64,000 bases of DNA from an uncultured Chlamydiae bacterium (lineage in GTDB: Bacteria > Chlamydiota > Chlamydiia > Chlamydiales > SM23-39). The DNA lies in NCBI GenBank assembly GCA_963730605.1, contig CAVSSM010000001.1, positions 673,987 through 737,986 of the forward strand, read 5' to 3'. This document shows, in pieces, positions 29,141 to 40,611 of the stretch. How positions within the stretch are numbered: position 1 is the stretch's first letter; each line of letters begins with the position of its first letter. Below the pieces are notes generated by a model. The model ran no database searches and was not told where the DNA came from. It was given only the letters and a program-made list of their open reading frames with translations. Position numbers and translations under genes: made by a program.

Positions 29141-29746
29141 TTAATAAGCCCCTTTCGGGAAAATCATTCGGATCGCTGTTTGCAAGATCACACGGATATC
29201 GAGCCAAAAGGATCTGTGGTCGACATAAAATTCTTCGAGTTGAATGCGCTCATTCAACGTGAAGCAGTTTCTCCCTTTGACGATCCAGAGGCTGGTCAGT
29301 CCAGGCCGGACCGAGAGGATTTTCGGGGCTTTTTCTTTCAGATAGTGGACGACCTCGTCCCGCGTCAAGGGGCGGGGGCCGACAAGACTCATGTCTCCAA
29401 GAAGGACGTTGATGAATTGGGGAAGCTCGTCGAGCGAGGTCTTGCGCAGCCATTTTCCGACCGATGTAATGCGGGGGTCTGCCTTTAACTTGTAGTAGGT
29501 TTTCCATTCCTGCATGAGGATGGGGTTGCTGGCAAGGAGGGTCTGTAATTTCAGGTCGGCGTCGGAGTGCATCGTTCTGAATTTCAGGCAACCGAACGGC
29601 TTTCCATCTTTGCCGACGCGCGAGTGGGCGTAGAAAATGGGGCCGGGGGATGAGAGCTTCACCGCAGCGGCGCATACGAGAAAGAAGGGAGCGGCTAAAA
29701 CCAGTATGGCGAGACTGAATAGTACATCAAAAAAGCGTTTAACCAT
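29141..29746 (-). CDS. bacterial sugar transferase (polyprenyl-phosphate glycosyltransferase)
   Basis: KRFFD, KFRTM, DPRIT, LDELPQ, GDMSLVGPRP. Confidence 0.92.
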   Translation of the reverse strand: MVKRFFDVLFSLAILVLAAPFFLVCAAAVKLSSPGPIFYAHSRVGKDGKPFGCLKFRTMHSDADLKLQTLLASNPILMQEWKTYYKLKADPRITSVGKWLRKTSLDELPQFINVLLGDMSLVGPRPLTRDEVVHYLKEKAPKILSVRPGLTSLWIVKGRNCFTLNERIQLEEFYVDHRSFWLDIRVILQTAIRMIFPKGAY

Positions 29747-29814
29747 AAGGGATCGAAGGTATCTCAAAAAAGAAATTTCCGCAACGGGGCTATTCCTTTT
29801 AGTGAGAGGCCAAC

Positions 29815-29931
29815 ATGCACCACAGAGACACGGAGAAAGAAGAGGCAGCACAGAGAGAAAAAATTTGCTTTTTTGCGAGGGCAAAAAAGCAGTTGCATCC
29901 TCTGTGCTACCTCTCTCCCTTTGTGGTGCAT
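29815..29931. repeat. nested long-hairpin intergenic element
   Basis: atgcaccacag/ctttgtggtgcat, gaggcagcacagag/ctctgtgctacctc, gcttttttgc/gcaaaaaagc; mirrored near 63235-63349. Confidence 0.7.
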
Positions 29932-29957
29932 TTGTGTGTCTATGGTTTATTTTTTTC

Positions 29958-30611
29958 CTATCCGCAGATGAGCTTGCCGGAGGCGAGGTGGTAGGTTTTG
30001 CTGCAGCAGCGAGCGAGGCGGGCGTCGTGGGTGGCAAGGATGAGGCTTTTCTTCCTCTCTCGTACCACCGAAAGAAGCAGGTCGCCGACGGCCATTGCGT
30101 TCGCGGCGTCGAGATTGCCGGACGGCTCATCGGCAAGGATCAAGCTCGGGCCGTTGCAAAGGGCCCGGGCGATCGCCACGCGCTGCCGCTCTCCGCCAGA
30201 GAGGAGTTTGACCGGAAAATCGGCCCGATGAGTCAGCCCGACAGTATCGAGAAGATCAAGCCCCTCTTTTCGAGAAACGGGGCGGCGAAGAATTTTCGCA
30301 GGCATGAGTACGTTTTCGAGGGCGGTGAATCCCTCGAGCAAATTGAACGATTGGAAGACAAACCCGATCGAGCGCCTCCGCACCGATGCGGCATTGGAGC
30401 TAACGCAAAGAACCCCTTCGATTTCGAGAGTGCCGCTGTCGGCCTCTTCCAGGGTTCCGAGAATGTGGAGAAGAGTGGTTTTTCCCTCTCCCGACCTGCC
30501 GCAGATGGCGATTGACTCTCCTTGGATGAGAGAGAGAGAAATATCCGAAAGAACCTCGACGGTTTCAGGAGAACGGTACGCTTTGTTCAACCGTTTGGCG
30601 ACGAGGATCAT
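29958..30611 (-). CDS. lolD: lipoprotein-releasing ABC transporter ATPase
   Basis: [34 protein letters not shown]; downstream of lolC/E. Confidence 0.85.
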   Translation of the reverse strand: MILVAKRLNKAYRSPETVEVLSDISLSLIQGESIAICGRSGEGKTTLLHILGTLEEADSGTLEIEGVLCVSSNAASVRRRSIGFVFQSFNLLEGFTALENVLMPAKILRRPVSRKEGLDLLDTVGLTHRADFPVKLLSGGERQRVAIARALCNGPSLILADEPSGNLDAANAMAVGDLLLSVVRERKKSLILATHDARLARCCSKTYHLASGKLICG

Positions 30612-32119
30612 TCAGACCTCAAGGTGGAAGAGGGACGGATCCAGCTTGCTTTCAGGGCGGGAATGAGGCCGGCGGCAAGCGAAAGAAGAGGAGTTGCAAT
30701 CAGAACGAAGACAAACGCCTCTGGCTCAAGTTGGTTTGGAAGGGATTGTCCAAAGAAAGCGGGATTGAACGCCGAACGGCCTTGCAAATTGCTGAGAAAA
30801 GCGACGAGATGATCGAGGTGATGGAGAGTGAAGATGGCCGCGAGGCTCCCAAAAAGGCACCCAAGGGCGCCCATGACGACTCCACAGATGGCGAAGATGC
30901 TCGCGATGCTCCCGAACGATGCGCCCATCGAGAGGAGAATCGCGATCTCTTTTTTCTTGTCGTTGACGAGGAGAACAAGAAGCGAAATGATATTCGAGCA
31001 TGCGACAACCAGGATGATCGAGGCGATCAAAAGAAGGAGCGTCCGGTCGCTTTGGAATTGGGCGATGAGATCCTTCGCAAACTCAAAATTCTCATAGGTA
31101 GAGACATCCCAATAGGAACTGATGCCCGCCAAGGAAAACCGGTCTCTAATCAGGGAGGCCATCTCAGGGGCTTTTTTTAGGTCGCTCACCCAAACGAAGA
31201 TGCCGTTTGTCGGGGTACCGTCAGGAGAGATCGTTTGGTTTGCGGCTGCAATCGAGCGTGTAATCACGCTGCTGACAAGAACGCATTTGTTTCCGATCGC
31301 AAGGATGCCTGGATCGTAAAACCCAGCGACGACGACCCTGATGCGCTGTTCTTGATAGGAAGCGGCCGTTGGGGCGGAGAAGCTGAGAGTCCCCCGGTCG
31401 CCTGCAATCACCCCGTTTTCTTTATAGCTTTTCGGAAGATAGACGGGAAAATCTTGGGTCTGCTCCTGGGTCTGTCCTGGGGTCTGTCCTGGGGGCCCCC
31501 AAAGCTGCATCGACTTTGGGGATAATTCGATCGGCGGATCCATGATAAGAGAAGATAAGTTGGGATTTTTTTCTGGTATCGAAAGAAGATAGGTCATTTG
31601 GGAAAGAGACGAGCCGTTGGAAATGCCGATACGGAGGAGCCCCCCGCTCATCTCGTAATCTTGGAAGGCAAGGACTGGAATAGTCTCTTGCAGGCGAGTC
31701 AGTTCCCGGTAAGCGGCTTTTACTGGGTCGCGGAGGGTGCCGTCCGAGGAACGGTCCGGACGGGCCCAATAGGGCGGAGGCTCGAGGTCGGTCTCTTCGG
31801 CATAGGGATCGGAAGTTGCGGCTTCGTTTTTCTCTCCGATGGTTTTCAGGGAATAATTCGAGGCGGCCGAAAGGCTATCGATTTGGTAATAATAAGAATT
31901 ATAATAAGCGGGCGTTGGAGTGATGCGGATCGGGGCATGGAGAGAGGTGAGCTTCTGCAGCCAATTTTTTTCCATTCCGCTTGTCACGGAAAGGAACACC
32001 AAGACAAGCCAAATCACAAGCGAGATGACAAGCACGGAAAGAAGGGAGATCAAAGCTGTCGAGAGCGCCTTTCTTTGAGGTATGAGATACTTGAGCGCAA
32101 GCTGCAGTTCGAACAGCAA
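30608..32119 (-). CDS. LolC/E-type ABC transporter permease (FtsX domain)
   Basis: N-terminal TM; C-terminal VNDKKKEIAILLSMGA FtsX pattern. Confidence 0.85.
   Translation of the reverse strand: MLFELQLALKYLIPQRKALSTALISLLSVLVISLVIWLVLVFLSVTSGMEKNWLQKLTSLHAPIRITPTPAYYNSYYYQIDSLSAASNYSLKTIGEKNEAATSDPYAEETDLEPPPYWARPDRSSDGTLRDPVKAAYRELTRLQETIPVLAFQDYEMSGGLLRIGISNGSSLSQMTYLLSIPEKNPNLSSLIMDPPIELSPKSMQLWGPPGQTPGQTQEQTQDFPVYLPKSYKENGVIAGDRGTLSFSAPTAASYQEQRIRVVVAGFYDPGILAIGNKCVLVSSVITRSIAAANQTISPDGTPTNGIFVWVSDLKKAPEMASLIRDRFSLAGISSYWDVSTYENFEFAKDLIAQFQSDRTLLLLIASIILVVACSNIISLLVLLVNDKKKEIAILLSMGASFGSIASIFAICGVVMGALGCLFGSLAAIFTLHHLDHLVAFLSNLQGRSAFNPAFFGQSLPNQLEPEAFVFVLIATPLLSLAAGLIPALKASWIRPSSTLRSE
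31453..31522. repeat. REP-like hairpin plus ~12-bp tandem repeats within lolC/E
   Basis: gggggcccccaaagctgcatcgactttgggga next to repeated ggtctgtcctgg-like units; encodes SPKSMQLWGPPGQTPGQTQEQTQ. Confidence 0.75.
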
Positions 32120-32125
32120 TGGAAC

Positions 32126-32287
32126 CTATTTTGCTTCCTTGAAAACAACGTGCTTGCGCAGGATCGGATCGTATTTCTTCAATTCAATCCGCTCCGTGGT
32201 ATTCCGCTTATTTTTTCTTGTCCAGTAGCATGCCGTGGACTCGCTGCTCTTCATCCGGATATTTTCTCGTGCGCCTTTTTTTGCCAT
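32126..32287 (-). CDS. rpmG: 50S ribosomal protein L33
   Basis: Manual translation [18 protein letters not shown]...[29 protein letters not shown]. Confidence 0.95.
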   Translation of the reverse strand: MAKKGARENIRMKSSESTACYWTRKNKRNTTERIELKKYDPILRKHVVFKEAK

Positions 32288-32334
32288 ATGAAATCCTCAT
32301 TATCAAGGCCTTATTCTACAGAAAAAGGACGATT

Positions 32335-33336
32335 TCACGCAATTGAGATTCGGGCCATGACATTCAGATCTAAAGGATCGCCCGCCGGGTTTTGAAGAAA
32401 TTTATGGAATCCGAGTCCCGCGATCATCGCGGCGTTATCGAGGCAAAGGTTTTGGGCAGGGAAGAAAACCGAGAGGCCGCTGAATCTTTCAACAAAGAGG
32501 GCTCGGAGGCGGCGGTTATTAGAGACGCCTCCTCCGAGGTAGATCGCGCGGCAAGGGAACTCTGAGATCGCCAAAGCCGCTTTGGAGACGACGTCTAAAA
32601 ACGCGGTTTCTTGGAAGGACGCCGCCACATCGGCTTTTTCTTTTTCATCTACAACTCGGTCCTTTATGGCGTAATAGACGCTTGTTTTCAGCCCGCTGAA
32701 GGAAAAATCGAGAGGATTTTTCTTGACCCGCCCCGCTTTAAAGGGGAACCGTCCGGAAGTGCCGCTGCAAGCCATTTTTTCGATCCCAGGGCCTCCTGGA
32801 TAGGGAAGTCCGAGAAGAGTTGCCACCTTGTCGAAGGCTTCGCCGATGGCGTCATCGACCGTAGTTCCCAATAATTCATATCGGCCGACATCTAAAATTT
32901 TCACTAGGAAGGTATGACCGCCAGAAAGTACGATCCCCAGCGCCGGAAAAAGGAGCGGCTCGGGCGCTCCCATCATGGCCCCATAAAGGTGGGCTTCCAC
33001 ATGGTTGACCCCGATGAGAGGCTTATTCCAGGCTAAAGAAAGGCCTTTAGCGGCCTGCATGCCGATGAGCAGCGCTCCGATGAGCCCAGGGCCTTTGGCC
33101 ACTGCAATAAGGTCAATAAAACTTTTGTGGGAGGGTACGAGGGGAAGGATCGCTTCCTCGATGACAGGGATCACGGCATCGATGTGCCTGCGGCAGGCAA
33201 GCTCAGGGAAGACTCCTCCGTATTTTTCGTGGATGTCGGCAGAAGAGGCGATCACATTAGAAAGGATCTCCCGCCCATCTCGGACAAGCGAGGCTGCCGT
33301 CTCATCGCACGTGGTTTCGATACCTAAAACAATCAT
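32335..33336 (-). CDS. tsaD: tRNA t6A threonylcarbamoyltransferase
   Basis: LGIETTCDET, NHVEAH, SGGHT, FSFSGLKT, DNAAMIA. Confidence 0.96.
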   Translation of the reverse strand: MIVLGIETTCDETAASLVRDGREILSNVIASSADIHEKYGGVFPELACRRHIDAVIPVIEEAILPLVPSHKSFIDLIAVAKGPGLIGALLIGMQAAKGLSLAWNKPLIGVNHVEAHLYGAMMGAPEPLLFPALGIVLSGGHTFLVKILDVGRYELLGTTVDDAIGEAFDKVATLLGLPYPGGPGIEKMACSGTSGRFPFKAGRVKKNPLDFSFSGLKTSVYYAIKDRVVDEKEKADVAASFQETAFLDVVSKAALAISEFPCRAIYLGGGVSNNRRLRALFVERFSGLSVFFPAQNLCLDNAAMIAGLGFHKFLQNPAGDPLDLNVMARISIA

Positions 33337-33356
33337 GGAAAAACTCCAGTATAAAG

Positions 33357-33384
33357 AAAAAGGCTCCCAAAGGGGAGCCTTTTT
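33357..33384. terminator. intrinsic terminator (bidirectional shape)
   Basis: aaaaaggctccc-aaag-gggagccttttt downstream of 33411-34013. Confidence 0.8.
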
Positions 33385-33410
33385 GACACATTCCATTTCT
33401 TGGGATGGAA

Positions 33411-34013
33411 TTATGGGCAGTACTTTCCGAATGTCACCGTGCAGACTCCACTTTTCGCTCCGGATGCGACACCGGATGCGACATAGGAAGCTCCATTCGA
33501 AATGCTGGTAGGGATGCCGCAGACGAAATTATCAATGGCTCCTGTGAAGCTATTTTGCGTCGCGCTAAAGTACTGAGCGCCGCGAGAAAGAGTAGCCACT
33601 GCTACGAAAGCCGCTACGACAGCAAGACCTGCTTTACCTGCATTCTGCCAGTTTCTATTTGAGCCTACGACAACCGGCTCAGAGATGGTCTCGTCATTCA
33701 TTTGATTCGATTCAGCGATGTCGACCGTTACGGTGTCTTGTTGGATCTCGATGTCGTCTTCGATCGTAATCGTGTTCGCTGGTTTCCCAAACAAGAGGCT
33801 ATGAATCTTGTTCAGCGGCCAGAGAGTAGCGTTGACAATGGCTTTCGCAAGATTTACGAAGACCGCGATTGCTGCATTCACAGTTCTTGAAATGATATTG
33901 CCGCCAGATGGGTTTGTCACTTGGTTCCAGTGGGTTTCAAAACCAAATCTGGGTCTTACAGTCTGGGTCGCATTGTAAGCGACTTGATGCGAAGTGGAAG
34001 TTAATTGTTCCAT
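33411..34013 (-). CDS. hypothetical membrane protein (effector-like)
   Basis: 200 aa, AAGGTG RBS, own terminator, one TM. Confidence 0.65.
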   Translation of the reverse strand: MEQLTSTSHQVAYNATQTVRPRFGFETHWNQVTNPSGGNIISRTVNAAIAVFVNLAKAIVNATLWPLNKIHSLLFGKPANTITIEDDIEIQQDTVTVDIAESNQMNDETISEPVVVGSNRNWQNAGKAGLAVVAAFVAVATLSRGAQYFSATQNSFTGAIDNFVCGIPTSISNGASYVASGVASGAKSGVCTVTFGKYCP

Positions 34014-34223
34014 AATTTTTTCACCTTTTTTTTTGGAAGTTAATTCTTTCTATTCCGGCTTCTATTTTACGCTGAAGGCGGAATAACTGTAAATAGTAAA
34101 AATGACTTTAAGGAATAGTTAATCCTTCCTAAATTTAAACGGTTGTGGATTATGCTCTGACGGCGATATATTCGTCCAGAAAAAATTTATTCCTATGAGC
34201 CAGATGTATATCGAAACAAATTT

Positions 34224-34976
34224 TCAAGGCGATTGTGATATTTTTAGTTGACTCGCGGCGGCGCTGTCTAAAATCCAGAGCGCTTTGTGGTCGGGGGTGC
34301 CGACGCGGCTTGCGGGGTAGGGAGAAACGATCGGGGCGTTGAGTGCGATTTGGACGATGGGAGCTTTGGACGCGCCGAGTGCGTAGATGACGCTTTGCCT
34401 GCTTTCATTGATGCAGGGGAATGTCAAGGTCATCCGCCAATTCTTTTTTTCAGGAACGGATTGGGCGGCGACAAGCCGGTCTTCTATGGTAAGAGCGGGA
34501 GATTGGGGGAATAGCGATGCGGTGTGGCCATCAACGCCTACGCCCAGCATGACAAGGTCAAAAAGGGTTTTGCCGAGGATGCGCCGGATTTTGTCCTCAT
34601 AATCTTTTGCGTTGGCCTCGGGGTTCCCTTCGGTTTGCATCCGGAAGATCCGGTCTGGCGGAATCGGCAGGGATTTCAGGCCGCTTTCCATGGCCATATG
34701 ATAGTTGCTATCGGGATGGTCTGGAGGGACGCCCCGTTCGTCGCTCCAGAAAAGAAGTACTTTGTCCCACTCGAGTTTTTCACTGGAGAGTATCTTGTAG
34801 ATCGCCTTAGGAGTAGCTCCTCCCGAGAGAGCGACGGCGAAATGTCCCCGTTGCTGGATGGAGCGTTTGGCCGAATGGATCCAATGTTCGGCGGCGAAGC
34901 GGATCGTCTCCTCATTCGTGCCTGGCACTAAAACTAAACGGCGGTCGTCCCACGATTCGATGGATTGCGTCAGCAT
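34224..34976 (-). CDS. pgl: 6-phosphogluconolactonase
   Basis: ALSGGATP, FWSDER, LGVGVDGHTASLFP. Confidence 0.93.
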   Translation of the reverse strand: MLTQSIESWDDRRLVLVPGTNEETIRFAAEHWIHSAKRSIQQRGHFAVALSGGATPKAIYKILSSEKLEWDKVLLFWSDERGVPPDHPDSNYHMAMESGLKSLPIPPDRIFRMQTEGNPEANAKDYEDKIRRILGKTLFDLVMLGVGVDGHTASLFPQSPALTIEDRLVAAQSVPEKKNWRMTLTFPCINESRQSVIYALGASKAPIVQIALNAPIVSPYPASRVGTPDHKALWILDSAAASQLKISQSP

Positions 34977-36048
34977 AGTCGGTCTTGGTCCAGAATTCTT
35001 AATTCTTTGAGCATCTCCAGATAATGCGCGCTCGTCCCTTTGGTGCAGATTTCTTTAACAAGAGATTGGCCGGTCGCCGTCTGCCCGAGCACGAACCGGT
35101 AGGGAAGATCGCACTGTTCCTCCGAAGAAAATTGAATTTTAGCGTAGTGGTATGCCTCTTTAATCCGTCCGGCTTCGAAAACATGCCCATCGTAGGTGTG
35201 GATTGCGATGGAGATCACGGTTCCCGAACCTAATTTTTCCCAGTTTTCAGATTGGATGCGCGCATCAACGACGTAAAACTGGAAGTGGAGAGAGGGAGAA
35301 GCTTTTTCGAATTTCCATCCGAGGCGCGAAGACGCCCAGGCAAGAATATACATCGCTTGGATCTTGAGATGGCAGAAAAATTCGCTTTTGCGACTGTTGT
35401 ATACGATTTTTAAAAGAGAGATCTGCTTGAGGAGCCCTTGCCTTTGCCCGGTGTCGAAGCTAGAGGCGATGAGGTCGCGCCATCCTTGCGTGCGGGCCCA
35501 ATTCAGGTCGGCGATCTCGATTCCAGTTTTTTGATGCAGGTCCAGCAGAGTTTTTGCGAAAGCAAGGAGGCTGTCTGCCGATTCGGAGTCAAAGATGATA
35601 CGGGTGGCGAGATGGGAAAGAGATGTGAAGAGGGGATTTGAGATGCTTGGGTCTTCGGCCCAAAGCAGGTAATTGGGCAGATCGGGAAGCAGATGAGGCA
35701 AGATCACTGAGGGAACTTCTCTAAATCAAAGCCAGCGACTCCAATATCGATCTGGTCGCAAGCGATCGATGCGTCTTGTGCGGAGGGGGAAAGGACAGAG
35801 ATGGCGGTCTTCAGATAAGGCTTGGGAGAATCGGGATCATGGGAGATAAAGAGGGTGCGACAGGGGAATTTTTCAACGACTTTTTGTACGATGTTCCTAA
35901 AATAATCGGTGCGAGAGGAGAGCTTGGTGAAGACGATGAGATTGAAAAGCGATGCCCGGGTCGTTTTCTTTTCTTTTGCAAGGGTTTCCCAAATGCGGAT
36001 GAGCTCAGGTTCGATGTTGGAAGGATCGACAATTTGCTGAATCGTCAT
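34970..36048 (-). pseudogene. opcA: OpcA G6PD effector, frameshifted mirror copy
   Basis: Mirror of 57121-58200 with 1-nt deletion near 35718. Confidence 0.8.
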
Positions 36049-36077
36049 TTTTTAGAGGGTGTTATAAAATTCATTTC

Positions 36078-37587
36078 TTAAGGCATTCTCCACGCACGGC
36101 CGTCCTAGCGATCATCTCATCGGCGGCCTTCGGCCCCCAGCTTCCCGAGTCGTAATTGGGAAAACCCTTTGGGGAATGGGCTGCCCAATATTTAAGGATC
36201 GGGGTGAAAATTTTCCAGGACTGTTCCACTTCATCTGCGCGGGCAAAGAGGGTGCTATCGCCCGCGATGCAGTCCCAGATGAGCCGCTCGTAGGCTTCGG
36301 GAGCGCTTTGCCGAAGTAGGAGCCGTAGCGGAAATCCATCTTGACGGGCTGGATGGGGCTGCTGGGCCCGGAACTTTGCAATTGATCTTCATCGAGATCC
36401 CTTCGTCGGGCTGGATCCGGATCGCAAGGACATTTTGCTCATTTCTTTCCCCTGTTGAAAAAGAACTCCAGGGGCGTCTTTGAAGACGATCGCGATTTCA
36501 GTGGCCCGTTTGGGCAGCCGTTTTCCCGCCCCGAGATAGAACGGGACTCCGGCCCAGCGCCAATTGTCGATGAAGAAGCGGCAGGCGACATAGGTTTCTA
36601 TATTTGAAGTTGGGGAGACATCTTTTTCTTCTCTGTAAGCCGACGGCGTCTTTGCCATTGATAAACCCTTTGCCATATTGCCCGCGGACGATCTCGTTCA
36701 AAATCCTTATTGTTCAAAGGGCGGATCGATTGTAGCACTTTGACTTTTTCATCGCGGATCGCTCCGGCGCTTAAAGATACAGGCGGCTCCATGGCGACAA
36801 GGGAGAGAAGCTGCATCATATGGTTTTGCACGATGTCGCGGCAAAGCCCCTCTTCTTCAAAGAAGTGGCCTCGTGTCCCGATGCCGATATCTTCAGCCAC
36901 AGTGATCTGGACATGGTCGACATGCTGATAATTCCAAAGCGATTCGAAAATCGAGTTGCAAACCGGAAAACAAGGAGGTTTTGGACCGTTTCTTTGCCAA
37001 GGTAGTGATCGATCCGGTAGATTTGCGACTCATCGAGATGTTTGGAGATCTCCGTTTGGAGAGCCGCTGCCGATTCGCGTCGCGCCCAAAAGGTTTTTCG
37101 ATGATGACGCGGGACCATTTATCCTTAGTTGTGTGGAGTCGTAGAAAGGCCGAATTTATGGAGTTTTTCGATGATGCAGGAAAGAATTTAGGCTGGACGG
37201 AGAGGTAAAAAACGCGGTTTCCTCGAGTCGCGTAGCTTCCGTCGAGATTGTCTAAAACTTGGCCAGCGACTCGTAGCCCGTCGTCGTCGAATTCGGAGCG
37301 TGGTAGAAAATTTGCTCTTGAAAATTCTTCCAAAAAGGTTCGTCGATCGGTTTTACTCGGGAAAAAGTAGAAATGTCATCTTTGAGCTCGTTCCGGAATT
37401 CCTGTGGTCTTTCTTCTCCTTGCAAATCCAACGAGGGCAAAATTGGGTGGGAGCTGCCCTTCCCGCCCTAAGTTATAGAGGGCGGGGGCGAGACCCGCCC
37501 CGTGAGTCGCCCGTCGCCCCGAAAATCACGACGACGCATGGATCGATCACGGGCGCTGCGGCCCGGTTCCTCAAGAATCGATGTCAT
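36078..37587 (-). pseudogene. zwf: glucose-6-phosphate dehydrogenase, multiply frameshifted divergent mirror copy
   Basis: RIDHYLGKE and QNHMMQLL fragments in different frames. Confidence 0.8.
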
Positions 37588-37603
37588 ATTGCAATCTGTA
37601 ACG

Positions 37604-38012
37604 CTAAAATTGGTTTTTATCAAGATAGCTTTGTAAAAGGAGCGCGCCGCGGCCATGTCGATCTGTCTGCTCTTTCTTTTCGATTCATTGAAACTTCCCT
37701 CAAACCTTGTCTGCGATCTTGCTTGAAAGCCTCTCGTCGCTTAGCTCTGACGGGCATCCCATCGCCTTTTCCAGTGCTTCGGCAAACGCTTCGACTTCTT
37801 CTGCCATATCTCCTTTCTTTCCGCTCATCAAAAGGGAAGTCCGACAGATTCTTTTCGATCTCTTTCTTTTTTTGAGCAGCGCGCTACCGTATTCGCTACC
37901 CTTTTTTTCCTCCCTTGACCGTTGCGAAGGGAAGGGCCATTTTTTTCCGGTCATCCGAAATCGCGATTCCGATCCGCTTCAGCCCAAAATCGATCGCGGC
38001 GATCCGCGGCAT
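37604..38012 (-). pseudogene. ruvX: RuvX/YqgF, frameshifted divergent mirror copy
   Basis: IAAIDFGLKRIGIAISD fragment. Confidence 0.75.
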
Positions 38013-39620
38013 CAGAGCCCTTTGCTTTCTTTCAGCACGAGCACGGCTCGGATAAATCTCGGAAAAGAGGATGGGGATCAGAGGCTTCTCGATTTGAACT
38101 CGGGGTGGAATTGGACGCCGAGCATCCAGGGGTGGCCTTCGATTTCGGAGATTTCGCAAAGGGATTCCTTTTCCAGATTTCCTGAAAAGACCATCCCTTT
38201 TGCTTCGAATCGGCTTTTGTAGTGGTTATTAAACTCATAGCGGTGGCGATGCCGTTCGGAGATGCTTTTTCCGTAGGCTTTAAAGGCGAATGTGTCTTTG
38301 ACGATCTCGCAAGGGTAGGCTCCGAGGCGCATCGTTCCGCCCTTATCTCGATCTTTTTCTGCTCGGTTAGCATCGAGATGACAGGGTCGGGGTATTCGGA
38401 TCCACCTCTGTCGAGTGGGCGTCTTCTAGGCCGAGGACATTGCGGGCAAATTCGACGATCATCACCTGCATCCCGAGGCAAAGGCCAAGTAGGGGATCTC
38501 TTTTCTCGCTGCAGTAGCGGGCGGTCAAAACTTTCCCTTCCCAACCCCGTTCGCCAAACCCTCCGGGAACCAGATATCCATCGCAGCCTCCGATCGCCTT
38601 TTCGACTGATCCATTCTCTACGATCCGATCCGATTCGAAGCGGCGGATCTCGATGCCCACTCCAGCCGCGATCGCCCCATGGTGAAGCGCTTCAAAGACC
38701 GACTTGTAGGCGTCTTGGTGATCCATGTATTTGCCGACGACGCCGATGACAATTTTGCCCTTCGGATGGAGGACGGGTGCACGATCTTTTCCCATCGGGA
38801 CAGATCCGATTTGCCGCCGTCGAGATCGAGCATCTTGCAAATCTTCGCATCGAGCCCTTGTCTGTGGAGTCGAGCGGCACCTCTAGATGGTGCTGGCAAC
38901 ATCTTTTTCGTCGATCACGGCATCCTTGGGGACGTTGCAAAAAAGGGAGATTTTCTCTTTGATCTCATCCGAGAGCTTTTCTTCGCAGCGGCATAAGATG
39001 ATGTCGGGCATGATCCCGATCTCGCGCAAATCCTGCACCGAGTGCTGGGTCGGCTTCGTCTTCACCTCGCCTGCCGCTTTGAGGTAGGGGACATAGGTCA
39101 GGTGGATGTTGATGCAGTCCTTCGGCCGCTCGTAGCGAAATTGGCGGATCGCTTCGAGGAAGGGGAGCGATTCGATGTCTCCACAGTGCCGCCGATCTCG
39201 ACGATCACGACATCGATCTTCTTTTCTTGCTTTGCGCAAGCAAGATCCGCACTTGATTTCGTCCGTGACATGAGGGACAACCTGAACGGTTTTGCCGAGA
39301 TAATCGCCCTTCCGTTCCCGCTTGATGACCGTTTCGTAAATTTGGCCGAGGTCGCGTTTGAGGCTTCGAGAGAGGGGAGTCTGGGTAAAGCGGTAATAGT
39401 GGCCGAGGTCGAGATCGGTCTCAGCTCCGTCGTCGGTCACATAGACCTCTCCATGCTGGAAGGGGTTCATCGTCCCCGGATCGACGTTGAGATAGGGATC
39501 GAGTTTGAGCATCGCGATTTTTAGCCCGCGGCATTCCAGCAAATGGCCGATCGATGCCGCGTCAGCCCTTTTCCAGGGAGGAGACGACGCCGCCGGTTAC
39601 GAAAATGTATTTTGTTTGAA
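38012..39620 (-). pseudogene. pyrG: CTP synthase, frameshifted divergent mirror copy
   Basis: [25 protein letters not shown] fragments. Confidence 0.8.
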
Positions 39621-39621
39621 T

Positions 39622-40495
39622 CTACCTGCGCTCCGTCAGGTTTTGTGAATTTTGGCTGGCTACGCCTTTGAGGAACCGATCTTTCTCGTCAGCCTTCCCT
39701 ATTCGGGAATGGTCTTCCTCATTGGGATCAATTTTGCTTTGGCTCGCAGAGCCAAAATTCACAAAACCTTCCTGCACACGGTTCAAGTATTCTTCAAGTT
39801 TTACGAGGGCGGGGGGTGTGTCGACACTGGGCGCTTTTATCGGCCAAGGAGACTTTGATCCGAGAGTTCCCAATTCAATCCAAAGGGTCCGAGTGTTCGT
39901 TTTCTGGAGGTCGGTCGTTTTCAAGGAGGGGAGATGCTCCAAAAAAGCCCTGCGGTAGCAATAAATGCCATATGGGCAAAGGCAAAGAGAGGGCGTTTAG
40001 AGAAATGGCAGGGAATGGGCGCGCGGCTGAAGTAGAGGGCGTAGCCATTGACGTCAAAAACGCATCAACGACATCAGGAGAGAGGAAATCCTCCCTGTTC
40101 CGTATCGGGGGGCGGCGGTCGCTAGACTTGCGTCTTTGGAGGAGCGGAGATCCCCGGCGATCTTTACGATCGTCTCAGGCTTCGTGCAGGGGTGATCTCC
40201 TTGGAGGACCATGACATAGGAGGCCTTCTGGAGTACAGCATGGCGGCTCAAGGCCTCAATGACCCTCGCGGTTCCGTCGCGGGGGGCCGTCGAGGTCCAG
40301 CACCTCCCCGCCTATTTGCCTTACATGCTCCGCAATCCTTTCGCATCAGTGGCGACGTAGAGGCTGCTTAAGGATGGACAACGGCTGGCGCATTCAAACG
40401 TTCTCTGGAGAACCGTCTTTCCTTGGGCTTTTGCAGTAGTTTCCCGGGAAAACGGGAGCTGTTGATCGGGCTGGGATGACGCAGGCAAGTGACAT
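39622..40495 (-). pseudogene. kdsB: KdsB, frameshifted mirror copy (element copy at ~39621-39785)
   Basis: Mirror of 52615-53502 with many indels. Confidence 0.75.
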
Positions 40496-40611
40496 ACTGG
40501 CGGTCTACACAAACAATGTTTGTATCATACGCCCCATTGCTTTATCGGGCAACAGCCCAGGCCTTGGCTTTTTGCTTGCGGGCAATCTTGCGGGCATGGA
40601 AAATCGAGCGC

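Noticed and set aside
29746..30136. 130-aa N-terminal extension of the sugar transferase
   Set aside because: It overlaps lolD and the hairpin element; the conserved domain starts at MVKRFFD (29746).
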